Shown one piece after another: positions 26,876 to 39,882 of a stretch of 64,000 bases of DNA. Source of the DNA: Psilocybe cubensis (lineage: Eukaryota); the NCBI GenBank assembly GCA_017499595.2, contig CM039007.1, positions 2,728,001-2,792,000 of the forward strand, in the 5' to 3' direction. The translations under genes and the position numbers were made by a program. Within the stretch, counting starts at the first letter, position 1. Each line of letters begins with the position of its first letter. The notes beneath the pieces are model-generated. The model was not told the DNA's origin. It searched no databases and saw only the letters and a list, made by a program, of their open reading frames with translations.

Positions 26876-26991
26876 GGTTCTATAGTGTAGTGGTTATCAC
26901 ACGGGATTTTGAAGATACGGGAGGTTAGGGATTCAGTTGACTAACCGTGTGAAATATTCCCGTAACCCCGGTTCGAGCCCGGGTAGGACCT
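26876..26991 (+). tRNA. tRNA-Gln(UUG) with ~44-nt intron
   Basis: GGTTCTATAGTGTAGTGGTTATCAC (A box), anticodon stem CGGGA/TCCCG with loop TT-TTG-A, intron ~26913-26956, T arm CCCGGTTCGAGCCCGGG, acceptor TAGGACC-T, T run downstream. Confidence 0.92.
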
Positions 26992-29601
26992 CTGTTTTGG
27001 CTTTCGTGCTTCAAGCACTTTCATTTTTGTCATAGTACTTATTTCAAGTGACACACTCTTATTGCCAGCAGCACTTACATACGTTGGTACGAATTGTAGA
27101 GCATTGTCACACCACAATGGATAAAAGGATGACAACTCTATTGACGCAATGAACTTGCCGTTTTACATTATGTTCTCTTTATTTCTCCCATAGCATTGGT
27201 AAACTCACTGGGGCTTTGCGTTTTTTCTCATGCATTGATTCAGATGTATATAGGCCAGCAATGTACATATGCGTTTAATCTTGTGGGGAATGCAGTCATC
27301 CAGATACCACTGATCTTGGAGAGGCCATACAAACAATTGAATGTGTCAGGTTCCAAGATTTTTGTAGTGTGTGTGATCCTGAGTATCTAGCAGCTTATTA
27401 AATTCGCAAGAATTCGCCTGATATTTATTCATCGTGCATATCCTGGAAGTGCACAAGAGTTCTGGTCCACTGGTCGCGTCCGAGTCGAGTGGCAGCAGCT
27501 CGAGTCACGTTTATCGTTCTGTTTGTCCGTGTTGCTCAGCAGCCCCAATGAGCACCATGTTGGTGGGTTTGCTCACAACCACCAGAGATGAAATTGGTTT
27601 AGGTGAGAAACAGGACAAATTCGTTATCTTGATTTCGCCATGAATCCAGGTGACACACAAGGCGCCGTTGAAGCTGCAGGATGAGAACAATGAGATCTAG
27701 GTTTTCGGCTCGCAATAGCAAAGCGCAGGTGGAACGAGGGGAGTTTATGGTCAATGATTACTGGGACACTGATCTCAATTTCGTGGTTTTTGTAAAGTAA
27801 TTACTCACAATTTCCCTGACCCCCGTCAATGTCGACTGGTCCTGGAATGTGGAGAGTGGTAGCGAGGATTCAAGATGCGGTCACTACTTGCAGTCAACGG
27901 GACGGAGGCTTACCGTATCTTTTGTTCAGACCCTGGGCATCATATGCAAGATATCGGCGGGCCATGTTAATTAAAGTCGGCCAAATGGACGCACAGTACT
28001 TCATCAACGTAGATCAAGTGGACTCTCGCCGTGTCCCTATGCGCTGTGATTGAGGTACATCGATGGAGTCGGCATTGAGCAGGGAATAGAGGGACAGAGG
28101 AGAAGTAGAAGGATTCACGGACGCGGCAGGTGTTGGGGGAGCAGCTTAACACGATTGGTTAAACACTTCTCCATGGTTGCGCGTCGTCCTTAAACCACCA
28201 TCATCGACGTATACAGAAAAGGGGAATCGTGGCCGTGCAATGGTCCCAAGCACACGTCCTTATCATGATTTCTTTGGCTTCAAGATTGACAACGCATTGA
28301 TGGAACGCGTACACGAGTATAGATGGGCGGCTTGCATACGGCAGACCTGGTGCGTACTTCCGTATATCTGATCTTTTTCTGATCTTTTTCATACAGGTAC
28401 TGCACTCAGAAATGTTGGGTAACAGCACATAGGGATTATATGAGCAGTATCTTGTAGTATCCCGGGATCCCTCTGCTGCTTTTTAAGAGCATAATACGAT
28501 CATTACCACGACTATGATGACGCCCTCACGACCTCAAAAATCCCTATCCCTCATTCTCGAATCTTGAATGTAACACCATATCGGTATCCCTCATTCTAGA
28601 CTCTCGATACCTAGGAGCAAAGACTACTGAGTCAGAATCGACGCTCGCCACCCAATGATCACTTCACAGTGCCATGTAAGTGCACCCATACTCCTTCTGC
28701 ACGATCCTACACCGTACACCCACCCTGAGATCGACATTTCATCTTTCAGAACCAGCTGCCGAGTCCTGACACCACAGCTTTCAAAAACCCGTCATTGCTG
28801 CCAACAGGCAAATGACTTGGGATTAAATAAGCGTCTTTGCGCTCACGATCCCTGTGAGAGCCAACCAAGATAGGTAAACCGTGTGCTCATACACATAAAA
28901 ATACGGTATCGATTTGCATTTCTGAAGCTGATGTCATCGACGTGTACAGTAGCAAGGGGATCCAGTAGCGCAATGGTACAAAGCAGGCGTCCCCACAAAC
29001 TTCAATGTTGCATTCGTCAGTGGGAATGGTGCTTTAGGAAGGCGGGGACAGGCGGACTGCTCTCTACAACGGATTGGTGCGTATAGGATCTGAACACCCC
29101 TCCACCCAGCCAAACACGTTCGTGTCCCCATTCTTTTCTTGAACATCATATCTCTCTTTGCGGCTGACAGACCCCCTTTCTACCATCCCTCATGATCAAC
29201 CAGCATGCCCAGTGACACATTACAAGTGTCCGCATCGCTTTCGGCATCACGTCGTGCGAATGTGCTGCGTTGACTAAGTTTGGACAGTACGGGTCGTACA
29301 ATAGATTAGTCGTAAGTATCTGTTCCATGAGTTTGTGGAGATCGCAACAGGTATGTATTCACTTGCGACATTCTTTTGCCACCTTGATAGTTCTGTCTTT
29401 CTAGTCTCGTTAGTAGCTATAACCTAGAAGGATAACAAGGCAATTCAATTTTGATGCTGTACACGTTCCTTGTATCTCCGATTTTCTGTCCAAAATGACA
29501 GTGATAAATATAACACGTATAAAAGCAAGGAGGCCACGTTGCCACATCAGATTACCCAGTCTCCCACCGTCTCACCGTCTTCCCTCAGGACCACCAGTGA
29601 C

Positions 29602-32600
29602 ATGAACGACAACCGTCTGCTTCTGCGGGCACATCTAGCTAGTAGGTTTACGTTGGTGTCCGCAGAAAAACTGTATTCATTGACAAAATCATCAATAAGG
29701 TATCGGATTCCAAGGCGATGTTTTCAATGAGTCCAAACAGCGGGCGTTTTACTTTGCGGAGGTCTTCGTCGACAACAACCAAGTGAAGAAACTCAAAAAA
29801 CTGAAACCAAAGTCGGATAGGCTCAGCTGGGAGTGGGGCCAAAGCAATCAAATGTGAGTATCATAGGGTCGGGCGACTTGAAACTGATAGCTGACGGTAC
29901 TGCACGTCAGATATTTCTCCCCATCGTCCAATCTCAGAGTCGATCTCTATCGAAGTTTCAAGGTCAAAGTGCCGGGGATGGACTCCTTCGTCGGGAGCTT
30001 CGAAGGTAGAATCACAGAATTGCTTGAAAATGGCGAGTACATTCCTCCCCGTACTTATGCTGCTACTGATCCCAGTGATCCCAGGCTTATCGTCAAAGAT
30101 CTTACAGAAAAAAGATGGCACCTCAGTTGGAATAAATATTAACGTTGGATTATCCGGGATTATAGGACCCGTGGGATCAATTGAAGAGTTTATGAAAAAG
30201 GTCGATAGCGATGTATCCCGCCTGAATGGCGTGGATAGCGCAGCATCGCGGACGTTCTGCCTTCTTGCGCCCGTGCTGAGCGGAATCGTATCCTTGATGG
30301 ATAATGTTTCACAGGTACAATATCTCTCTTACCATAAGACCAATGTACACCGTCTTACGCATTGGTGCAAAGGCCCATCCCATCTTGAGCGCCTCTTGGA
30401 CAGTCATATCAAGCATCTATAACGTACGCTTTCTTATGTTTCATTGCATAACAGATACTTACTTCAATGATAGGCAGCGCAGGAGACCGATACACAGGAT
30501 CAGATTATTCAGGATATGGCCAGCACGCTTCGAGAAATGCTGGGTGCCGCAAACCAGGTTCCAAATCTCCCCATGCTACCAGGCATGGTTGATGTAATTG
30601 AGAGGATTGGTCGGACGTCTCTGGATGTTGCATCACTGATTGACGAATACACTCACTTGTCCTATGCTGGTATGTTTTCCTATTGTTTAGAAGGCAACGG
30701 GATGCTCATTCAGACTGGTACCTACAGAGCGCCTGGCGCAGATTCTGCCAGGGGAGCTCGGTCGCCGGGTGGACTCGTGTAAACAGCAATGCAAAGCCGT
30801 ACAGAAGCTTCTTTTTCAGAGAGTTCAGATAGACACGCACACAAAGGTGGAGAAAATAGGTCTGTTTTGTCTATGCACTATTTGATTCCAACATCAGCGC
30901 TCATTACAATTTTGCAGATCATAAGGTTGACGCCGAGGCACAGAGGCAATTAGGTATGACACCAACATATATACTCTGCAGGCTACTAAGACTGTTTGAT
31001 GAAGCCAAGGAAATCGACAACTGGCTGGCACCTGTACACACCTCGCAAAATTATAATGAAGCATATGGAAAACGAGAGGAAGGAACATGTTTGTGGTTCA
31101 TTGAGGAAGAAGAATTTGGATTCTGGTTAAGAACGCCGGGGTTCATATGGGTTTGCGGAAAAGGTATAGAACTTTGTTTCACCAAGTTGTCTTCTAACGA
31201 CTTTACAGCGGGAAGTGGGAAAACAATCTTATGGTTAGTGATTGCTTTTATCAAAGTAACTGTTCAGCTCTAATCCTGCTTATCATTTCAGCGGGCAGAT
31301 CATAAAAGCAATTCAACAATTGACACCATCTGTTGCACTTGCTTACTTCTTTTTTGATGCAAGAGATGGCCAGACAGCGCAACAACTGCATATGAATCTC
31401 ATTCGCTCTCTCATCTCACAGTTGTCTCATCAAAGCGTCAGCGGCATTTCGTCGGATATACGTGATCTGTACCAAAAGGTCTCCCCCATGCATCCACTTG
31501 ACCATGAGCTTCAGGACACTCTTGGAAAAATATTAAAGGAATTCTGCAATGTATACATTGTCCTTGATGCTCTAGATGAATGTACAGATCGGGACAGAAC
31601 ACTTGGATGGTTGGAAGCCCTACTCGGACATTTGGACAACAATGAAAATCTTCATTTGGCAATAACGAGCCGTACAGAACCCGACATACAGTCAGTATTT
31701 GGGCGTTTGAATCACACCATTGTCAATATGAGTACTGCCGCAAATAGGGATATTGGCCAATATATCAAGACTTACATTCAGGCCAAGGAATTCACCAAGT
31801 TTGATGGAGAGACTCGGGATCATGTCTTATCAGGTTTGATGGACCGTGCGGAGGGCTCGTATGTTTTCCTTTTTTTATCACACAACACATTGTCAATTGA
31901 ATATGTTGCAAGGTTTCGTTATGTTGCTCTACAAATTGAGAACTTGAAAAAGTGTGCAAACAAGATGGAGTTGGATAAGGCAATAAATGATCTTCCATGG
32001 GGACTGGATGAAGTTTATGCTCGGATCCTACACAAATGTGAGGACAGATATATTGAAGATGTCAAAACCTTCCTCCAGTTTCTGGCATTCTCACAGGAGC
32101 CATTGACACTTAATGCACTTGCCGAAACAATACTATTTGATTTTCCATTGGGCTTTAAGGGTACTTTAAACCTGGATAAAAGTTATTTGGACCCAGAAGA
32201 CATTCTACAACGTTGTGGAGGACTTGTGATTGAAGATTATAATGGCAAGTCAATACTTTATTAATTGTAAAAGTACTTGAGTAATATTTTATGCAGGATC
32301 CATCAAGTTATCTCATTTCTCAGTCAAGGAATATCTCCTTTCCAACCGAGTTGATGTCAAATTCCAAATGAATGAGCATGCATCCCATATGTACATATCA
32401 CAGATCTTGATATCATACCTTCTGGAATTGGACACACTTGAAGTTCAATTTGGTCATTTCAATTACCTGAAACCATATGCATTGCACACTTGGGCTAAAC
32501 ATGCTATACTATCAGGTCTGGAAAAGGATCAAATGTTTTGTGCATTTGTTGCTCGGCTTTTACAATGCACTAGTGCTTCATTAAGAAGGGAATCCACAGT

Positions 32601-34047
32601 TGTAGTATATCTACTGACTTGTGATATTTTGGTTAAACAAACAGGCTTGGATTGGGCAGTTTCAGAGGGTTTGGAAACTGTGGTTCTGTATATGTTGGAG
32701 GCTGGAGTTGATCTGGACATAAATGGAAGAGAATGTCAAAACACACTTCTAATTGCATCTAATCATGGCTTTGGGCTTTTAGTATCATGCCTCCTGCAAT
32801 ATGGTGTAAATGTAAACACCCGGTATGAAGATGGAACTGCACTCCAAGCAGCATGCTTCCAAGGTCATGAACAAATTATTAATATTCTTCTAAAACATGG
32901 TGCAGATGTAAATGTCCAGGGAGGCTATTTTGGAAATGCACTCCAAGCAGCATCATCTGGAGGTCATGAGCAAATTGTTAATATTCTTCTGCAACATAAT
33001 GCAGATGTAAATGTCCAAGGAGGTTTTTATAGAAATGCACTCCAAGCAGCATCATCTGGAGGTCATGAGCAAATTGTCAACATTCTTTTAAAACATGGTG
33101 CATATGTAAATGCTCAGGGAGGTTACTATGGAAATGCACTCCAAGCAGCATCCTTCCAAGGTCATGAGCAAATTTTTAAAATTCTTCTACAATGTGGTGC
33201 AGATGTAAATGACCAGAGAGGTGAATATGGAAATGCACTCCAAGCTGCATCATCTGGAGGTTATGAGCAAATTGTTAACATCCTTTTAAAATATAATGTG
33301 GATGTAAATGCCCAGGGAGGACATTATGGAAGTGCACTCCAAGCAGCATCATACCATGGTCATGAGCAAATTGTCAACATTCTTCTAGCAAATGGTGCAG
33401 ATGTAGATTTCCAGGATGATAGCTATGGATCTGCACTCCAGGGAGCATCCTTCCAAGATCATGAGCAAATTGTCAACATTCTTCTGAAATATGGTGCAGA
33501 TATAAATGCCCAGGGAGGTGTATATGGAAATGCACTCCAAGCTGCATCATCTGAAGGTCAAGAGCAAATTGTCAACATTCTTTTAGAACATGGAGCAAAT
33601 GTAAATGCTCAAGCAGGTGTATATGGAAATGCACTCCAAGCAGCATCATCTGGTGGTCAAGAGCAAATTGTCAACATCCTTCTGAAACATGGAGCATATG
33701 TAAATGCCCAGGGAGGTGAACATGGAAATGCACTCCAAGGAGCATTGGGAACATACTGGGGACCTTACATGCATGTGGCAGAAATTCTTTTGGATAATAA
33801 TGCTGATGTGACCTCATTAGAATATGTGGACCGAGTTAAAAATCCTGAACTTCAGCAGCGTCTGCGCATTGGCTTTAGGCTATATCAAGCAAAGGTGAGT
33901 TATTATTTTCATACAGCATCTTATTCTATTCATTTCTCCTGCTTTGCCATATACAAACAGCTTTCTCAAATCCCCACACACCGTTTAAATCACTATTATA
34001 CATTTAGCTTTCCACATCTTCTGCGGGATCGTAGGTTTATCATGTAA
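29602..34047 (+). CDS. Fungal NLR: N-terminal C2-like domain + helical domain + NACHT NTPase + ankyrin repeats
   Basis: Spliced Walker A GK/AGSGKT, Walker B YIVLDALDEC, ITSR, FRYVALQI, LP.GLDEVYARIL, HFSVKEYLL; ~10 ankyrin repeats GNALQAAS..GHEQIVNILL; N-terminal exons read FYFAEVFVDN..LSWEW..LRVDLYR..FVGSFEGRITELL (C2-like). Last exon uncertain. Confidence 0.9.
32830..33745 (+). repeat. Highly conserved 99-bp ankyrin tandem repeats
   Basis: GGAAATGCACTCCAAGCAGCATC...CATGAGCAAATTGTCAACATTCTT recurring every 99 nt. Confidence 0.9.
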
Positions 34048-34584
34048 ATGTATAGTTCTCTTTCTTGATCATAAACAATGAATTAGTTTTACTGAGCTAT
34101 CTCACAAGATGAAGAGCTCTATTTTACAGTAATGAAACTTTGTTGACAGTAAGTTTCTGAGAAAATAAAACAAAAGGAGACGGGTGTACACGCTATGCTG
34201 ATCCACATTGTTAGTGATGCAACAAGACACCTCGCTGACCACCTGAGATCTCTTGCATATGCTGTTACCATCTCTTACTATTTCTGATGCATTCGCTCTA
34301 GCACTAAACCAAGAATCACATATGGCCGAAATAAGCCCTAACAAACAAATTTATTCAGCACAAAGCTCCCAGTTAGCATTAACGCCAGCAAGGCGAGGCA
34401 AACCAGTACTAAATGAAGTATAAACAGATAGAATATAACGAAACGGAAACACCAAAATTGAAAAAAGAGGTCAAGGCATGGGATGAATCACGTATACCTT
34501 GTGGTACATAAGAAAAAAAAAACAAGAAGAAACAAAACAGTCTACTGAAAACTCATCTAAAGATTACGCTTAGTTTTCAGCGCA

Positions 34585-37500
34585 TTACACATCCTCCCCT
34601 CGACTCCTCGCTTCAACCAAACTCAACTCGAGCGCAAACCTCAAATCATCGTCCAAATCCTCCTCCTCTCGGGCTCCATAAATCGCACCACCGGACGAAA
34701 CTCTAGATCTAGCACTTGAATTTGGGCTGGCTACACTAGCACCAGGTCTTCCCCAGGAAACGACAGCCGGTCGGATAGGAGAACCGGCACTGCTGCCGAC
34801 GCCAGCAGAAGCAGCAGCAGCAGCGACGGAAGAAAAGGATGGCGATGGAGGGGACGAGGACAGCCTCGCAATTCCTAGCGCTAGTCCACCAGTAGACGCA
34901 CCCCACACGCTCACTTTGGGTTTGAGCGAGGAAGGGCTCGGAGTCGGGTTAAGGCTCCCACTGGTATTGACATTGGGAGCAGAAGCAGCAGGAGTCTTCA
35001 AACCGCCACTTGGTTTGGTACCCTTTCCTTTCCCGACCAACGATGGACTAGGACTACCAACTTTTCTTTCCTTTTCCTTGCCCTTTCCATGCAAGGAACT
35101 TCCCTCACCCGGACTGGTGCCAACACTCCCGGTAATAGGTGGGAAGTGCTGTTCCTGACCCTGTCCATCCAACATTGCATTGACCAAAGATGGGTCAATA
35201 TCGTCGCCCACAATGTTCTCTTCTTCAGCAAGATACTCTTCACCGGCCTCCAAAGGCTCTCCACCATCGATACCGCCACCACGCCAGGGTGAAGATACTT
35301 GTACTTTCGCATTCGAGCGTGACGGTGTGAGGATAGGCTGACCAGACGACGTCCTCGCTGGCTCATGGTAGCGATGGTGACGACGGGAACCGGCCATCGC
35401 CAGTCGAGTGTTTTGCCCTGAACGCGCACGAATGGCCGAGGACGAGGACGATAGCGACGACGAAGATATGGATGGCGAAGGCGACACAGATGCTGATGGA
35501 GATGGGGCAGCAGAAACCCCGTCGGACGAAACACCAGACGTCGACGACGCTGATGAGGAGACAGATGGCGATGGCCCAGAAACGCTCATCCCATCATCTT
35601 CATATTCATCGTCTTCTACAACGTCTTCGTCAAACATACCTTCATTCTCCAGCTCTGCCCTCCTAGCACGTTCCACAGCGGCAGCAGCAGCTTCATCCCG
35701 ACTCAGCATAAGAACATACTCAACTGCCTCAGCTTCACTCAGACCCAAGCTGTCCAACCCTGCCCGATGCTCGACCTGCCGCCTCGCCAGAGCCGCGGAT
35801 GATGTGCTGGAAACGTTTCGTTCCGCATCTAAGAGATCGCGAGATTCTGCAATCGTCTGCCGCATTTCATATTGACCTGTAGAACAACGAAGCATTTATT
35901 AATGAACATTGATGAAAATGAAAGATGTAAATGAGGGAGAAACACATACCAATATATTTCGCAACCCCCGCCCCGGGCTTCTTCTTCCCATGCGCACCCG
36001 TCCCAGGTGCATGTCGCCCCCTCACACCTCCCTTGCCTCCTGATTGAGCACCATGTCGAACAACATCTGCATGCCATGCCATAATTGTATCGCCCACAGC
36101 AACAACAAGGACGTCCTTTTCGTCATTAACCACGATGTGCCTAACCGCCTCTCTCCCTCCGGCTGTCCTAGCCATAACAGGAGCTACCACCCCACCGGCC
36201 CCATGAGGCGCTAGAGCCAACGCCCCACCTGCCAACCGTACCTGCTGTCCCCTACCTCTTCCCCTAATCTTCGCGACAGGCGACACAAACGACCTCAAAT
36301 GCGCAAACGAGATCCCATCCCACACGTGCGTCGTCCCGCGGGCTGACCCGGTGACGAGCACTAGTCCGTCCCACCACAGAGCAGTGACACTCGCACCGTC
36401 GCGGTGCGCTTCGAATGTACGGAGAGGAGGTACGTGGTCCACAAGCGGTGAGACGGCAGCACCCCAATGGTATAAGCTGACACATCCCATGTGGTCACCT
36501 ACCAGTACAAAGCTTTCAGAGGACTGGCCCCCGAAGTACGGCACGACGACACTTGTAGGCCCGAAATTCGGATCGCCGAACGGTGTAATTTCGACGGTGT
36601 GACATAGAGGGTCTCCTTGGTCGACAGCTCCTGTTGAAGGGATCCGAATCCTATAGAACAGAGGGTCATCTTCGTATGCGATCAAGAAAGCAAGGGAGGC
36701 CGCTGTGCTGTCGATGTTTGGATCGATGTCGAGCGCGGTAACCCTTCTCGCGGCACCCTCCACGGATTTGAAGGGACATTCAACGAACACTTCTTTCACC
36801 TTAACCCTGACCTTGTCATCGACAAATGCTGATGAACGCCCGACCCAAACATGCACATCTCCACTCTCCCCAACACCCACTACTACACCCACACCGTCAT
36901 CCGTGGTCGAAAAGGTGGCCTCAGCGCGAACACACTTATCCGGGACAACACCACCCCCTGCACCGACTCCAACGACACGAGATCCAAAGCGATCGACCAG
37001 CATCGGAGGTGAGCTCCATGTACACCTGATCGCAACGTCTTCGCCAGTTTGTGCATCACGATCTGCATTATTAGCAAAGACACCAACATCCCAAACCTTG
37101 ACCCGCCCGTCGTCTCCGGCACTGACAACCCATCTGCCTTGTTTCTGGACAAACTTTACATCCCTGACAACACCCTCGTGTTCATCACCCACCCTGCATC
37201 TCTTGACCTGCACACCCGAGCCTCCAGAAATGCGGAGACTACCATCCATTGCCCGGGGTGCTGTGCTGATTACCAGGTCTCCTGCACGCGTACCCCACGC
37301 AACACGCGCCGATGGCCCCCATGTCGGAGAAGAAACAACCACATCGCAAGCAGTGACGTTTGGTGTAAACTGAGCATTCGGGTTTCCGTTCAAGTTGCCA
37401 CCGTTTCCACCCGGTCCGAAACCCATTCGGGCATCAACGTACCCTGTCAACACTCGACCAGAGAGCGGCATGGAGCGTGCAACAACCCCATACTGGATCG

Positions 37501-39078
37501 AGGCTGTAAGTAACGCCGCCGTACCATTTCGTGTGCTGGGATAAAAATGGCGAGTCGACTGACTTTCAGACGACAGGGCCTGAGGTACCGAGGTTGTCGA
37601 AGGAACTCTAGTGAGAAGGACATTGGAAATCGGAGAGTGTAGAATTGGGGTGTGTGTTGTCGGTATGGACCTGGAACGACTCCATCGGCTTCATAAGCAG
37701 GAGTCAGTAATTCGACCACGGGTATCCAGAGAAGAAATAATGGGGGATATATGCACAGTACATTCGCATAATAGCCACCAAAAAGTAAGGGGTATCAATA
37801 TAAAAAGCATGATGGAAATTGCGGGTGCATATATGCGCAAAGACTGCATAGAAACCGCACAAAAAGGAGTGAAAAAGGATCATGAAACTTGGAAATAATA
37901 TCCGCATATATCCAGCAGAAAAGATGGAAGATGGATATAAACAGCGCAATAAAAGCTGCAGGCGCATATATGCGCAAAAAATGCACAAAAAGGACACGGA
38001 AAGGACTAAAAAAGACCATGGAACTTGGAAATGATGTTTGCATATATCCTGTAGAAAAGATGGGAGATCGAAATAAACAGCGTGGTGAAAAATGCACACA
38101 CATATTTGCATCAAGTCTACATAAAAAGGACACAAAAAAGAGTGAAAAAATAACGGAAATTTGAAATAATGTTCGCATATATCCAGCAGAAAAGATGGAA
38201 GATCGATAAAAACTGCGTGATGAAAGCTGCACGCGAATATATCCGCAATGTCTGCATACAGCGGACACGAAACAGAGTGAAAAAAAACGCAAATTCGAGA
38301 TAATGTTCGCATGTATCCAACATAAAAGATAGGAGATCGAAATAAACAGCGTGATGGAAATTTCACGCGATTATATCCAAACGGTCTGCATAAAAGAACA
38401 CAAAAAAGAGTGAAAAGAATAACGGAAATTGGAGCCAATGCTCGCGTATATCCAACAGAAAAGATGGGAGATCAAAATAAAAACAGTGCGATGGAAAATG
38501 CACGCGAATATATGCGCAAAGTCTGCATAGAAAGAGCATAAAAAAGGAGGGTAAAAGAATAACGGAAGTTGATGTGCATATATGCGCAAATACAGCATAG
38601 AAAGGCCGCAAAAAAGAATAACGACTCACCCAATCATGACATATCGCCACGAAAACTCGTCTCTCCAGCTCTTTCCGTCTCCTCGCCTGAGCAAGAAAAC
38701 TTTCCATAAACTCGAGTTGGGTGCAGACATACTTTGTCGATTTTTTTCAAGTTCCAAATCGCTTTCAGGCGATACCCCAAGAAAATAGCATGCATATGCG
38801 CGACGCCATGTGTTATCCGCCTTTACGTGGTGAGCAAGATACGAGGAGACACATCCCAAGGCGAGTAACGCAGGTGGTGTAAGGTACGAGGTGATAGAGG
38901 TGAGTGTCTCGGGAGGTACGTCAAGCAAAATGCTACGCCGAAGACCATTCTTTGCTGGCTCATCGACGACGGCTTGTTGTTGCTGTTGAATTCCATGTTG
39001 GCAAGCGGTTTGGTTATCAGTGTGGTTGGTTTGTGAACTGTCGTCTGTTTGATTGTTTGGTGTGGGCCTATATAGCAT
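34585..39078 (-). CDS. F-box/WD40-repeat protein with C-terminal ubiquitin-interacting motif(s)
   Basis: F-box LLDVPPETLTSITSYLTPPALLAL..NTWRRAY; WD-like HEGVVRDVKF..VVSAGDDGRVKVWD and LVTGSARGTTHVWD; UIM-like EEDLDDDLRFALELSL and LSEAEAVEYVLMLSRDE. Start codon uncertain. Confidence 0.85.
37750..38622. repeat. ~135-bp degenerate tandem repeat (about 6 units) inside the first intron of the F-box/WD40 gene
   Basis: Unit starts at about 37891, 38027, 38162, 38296 and 38431 (GGAAATAAT..GCATATATCCAGCAGAAAAGATGG..). Confidence 0.8.
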
Positions 39079-39882
39079 ATAACTTGGGTTTTGTGCGATA
39101 GAAAACAATTTGATGCAGAGGCTGTGGGCAACTGCGTGGGCGCTGTGGACGATGATGAGCAACGGAGAAAGCGGATGAGTCGGGTCGGCTCCGCAGGTGG
39201 CATTTTATTTGGTTATATTTGCTTATATTTGGCCAGGCTTCATATTAGTAGATATTAGTCGAATCTTGGTCGAATCAACCTTTTCGATGAAGTCAAAGAT
39301 TATTTCATATATCTCATCCGTTGTAGGACATAGGGAAGGAGACATACTTATAATGTACGACAGTTTACCCCTTCGAACGATTTAGAAGCTATACTAGGGA
39401 CTTTTTAACCACATTGCCCAATGTTTAACAACAAAAATGCATGCAACTCTCGCTTGAGAAGCAACTGTCTCTCAGCAGCCGTATCTGAATAAACAGGAAA
39501 ATTTTATGTTGACCCAGAAGAGTTATAAGCATTGAGTACGGAGGGTGGGTGTAGTATGTGGGCCGATGCGGCATGAAAATACCGCACCAAGATGTCGTTG
39601 TATTTCATTTCAAGTTCTATTCGTATCACCGCCGTAAAGGGACCACCCTCCTTACAAGGGTTGTATTGAAGGAGATCAAACAAACTACGTTCTACTTTAA
39701 AAACAACCCCCTTCCGTTAGCCTTAACTGGTCATCTCTGGCCATAAGCCTGAGAAACGGAGGGCGTGCTCACCTCTCTTTTCTGCACATCTGATAGCCCA
39801 CTTAAATTCATACACAAAGCTATCGGCACTATTCGGATCTCTACAGTGACTGATGACACACATATACTGCTACATAATTTAT

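Noticed and set aside
27780..29330. Protein-like fragments on both strands
   Set aside because: Multiple stops and no recognisable family; probably gene or TE relics, but not supportable as a call.
32830..33745. Regularly spaced repeats resembling a CRISPR array
   Set aside because: In-frame 99-bp ankyrin coding repeats in a eukaryotic gene; no unique spacers and no cas genes.
35408..37373. Plus-strand ORFs of 155 and 222 aa
   Set aside because: Antisense shadows of the F-box/WD40 exons.
37704..38707. Overlapping Phe/Cys-rich ORFs suggesting a membrane protein
   Set aside because: Translation artefacts of the T-rich strand of the intronic 135-bp repeat.
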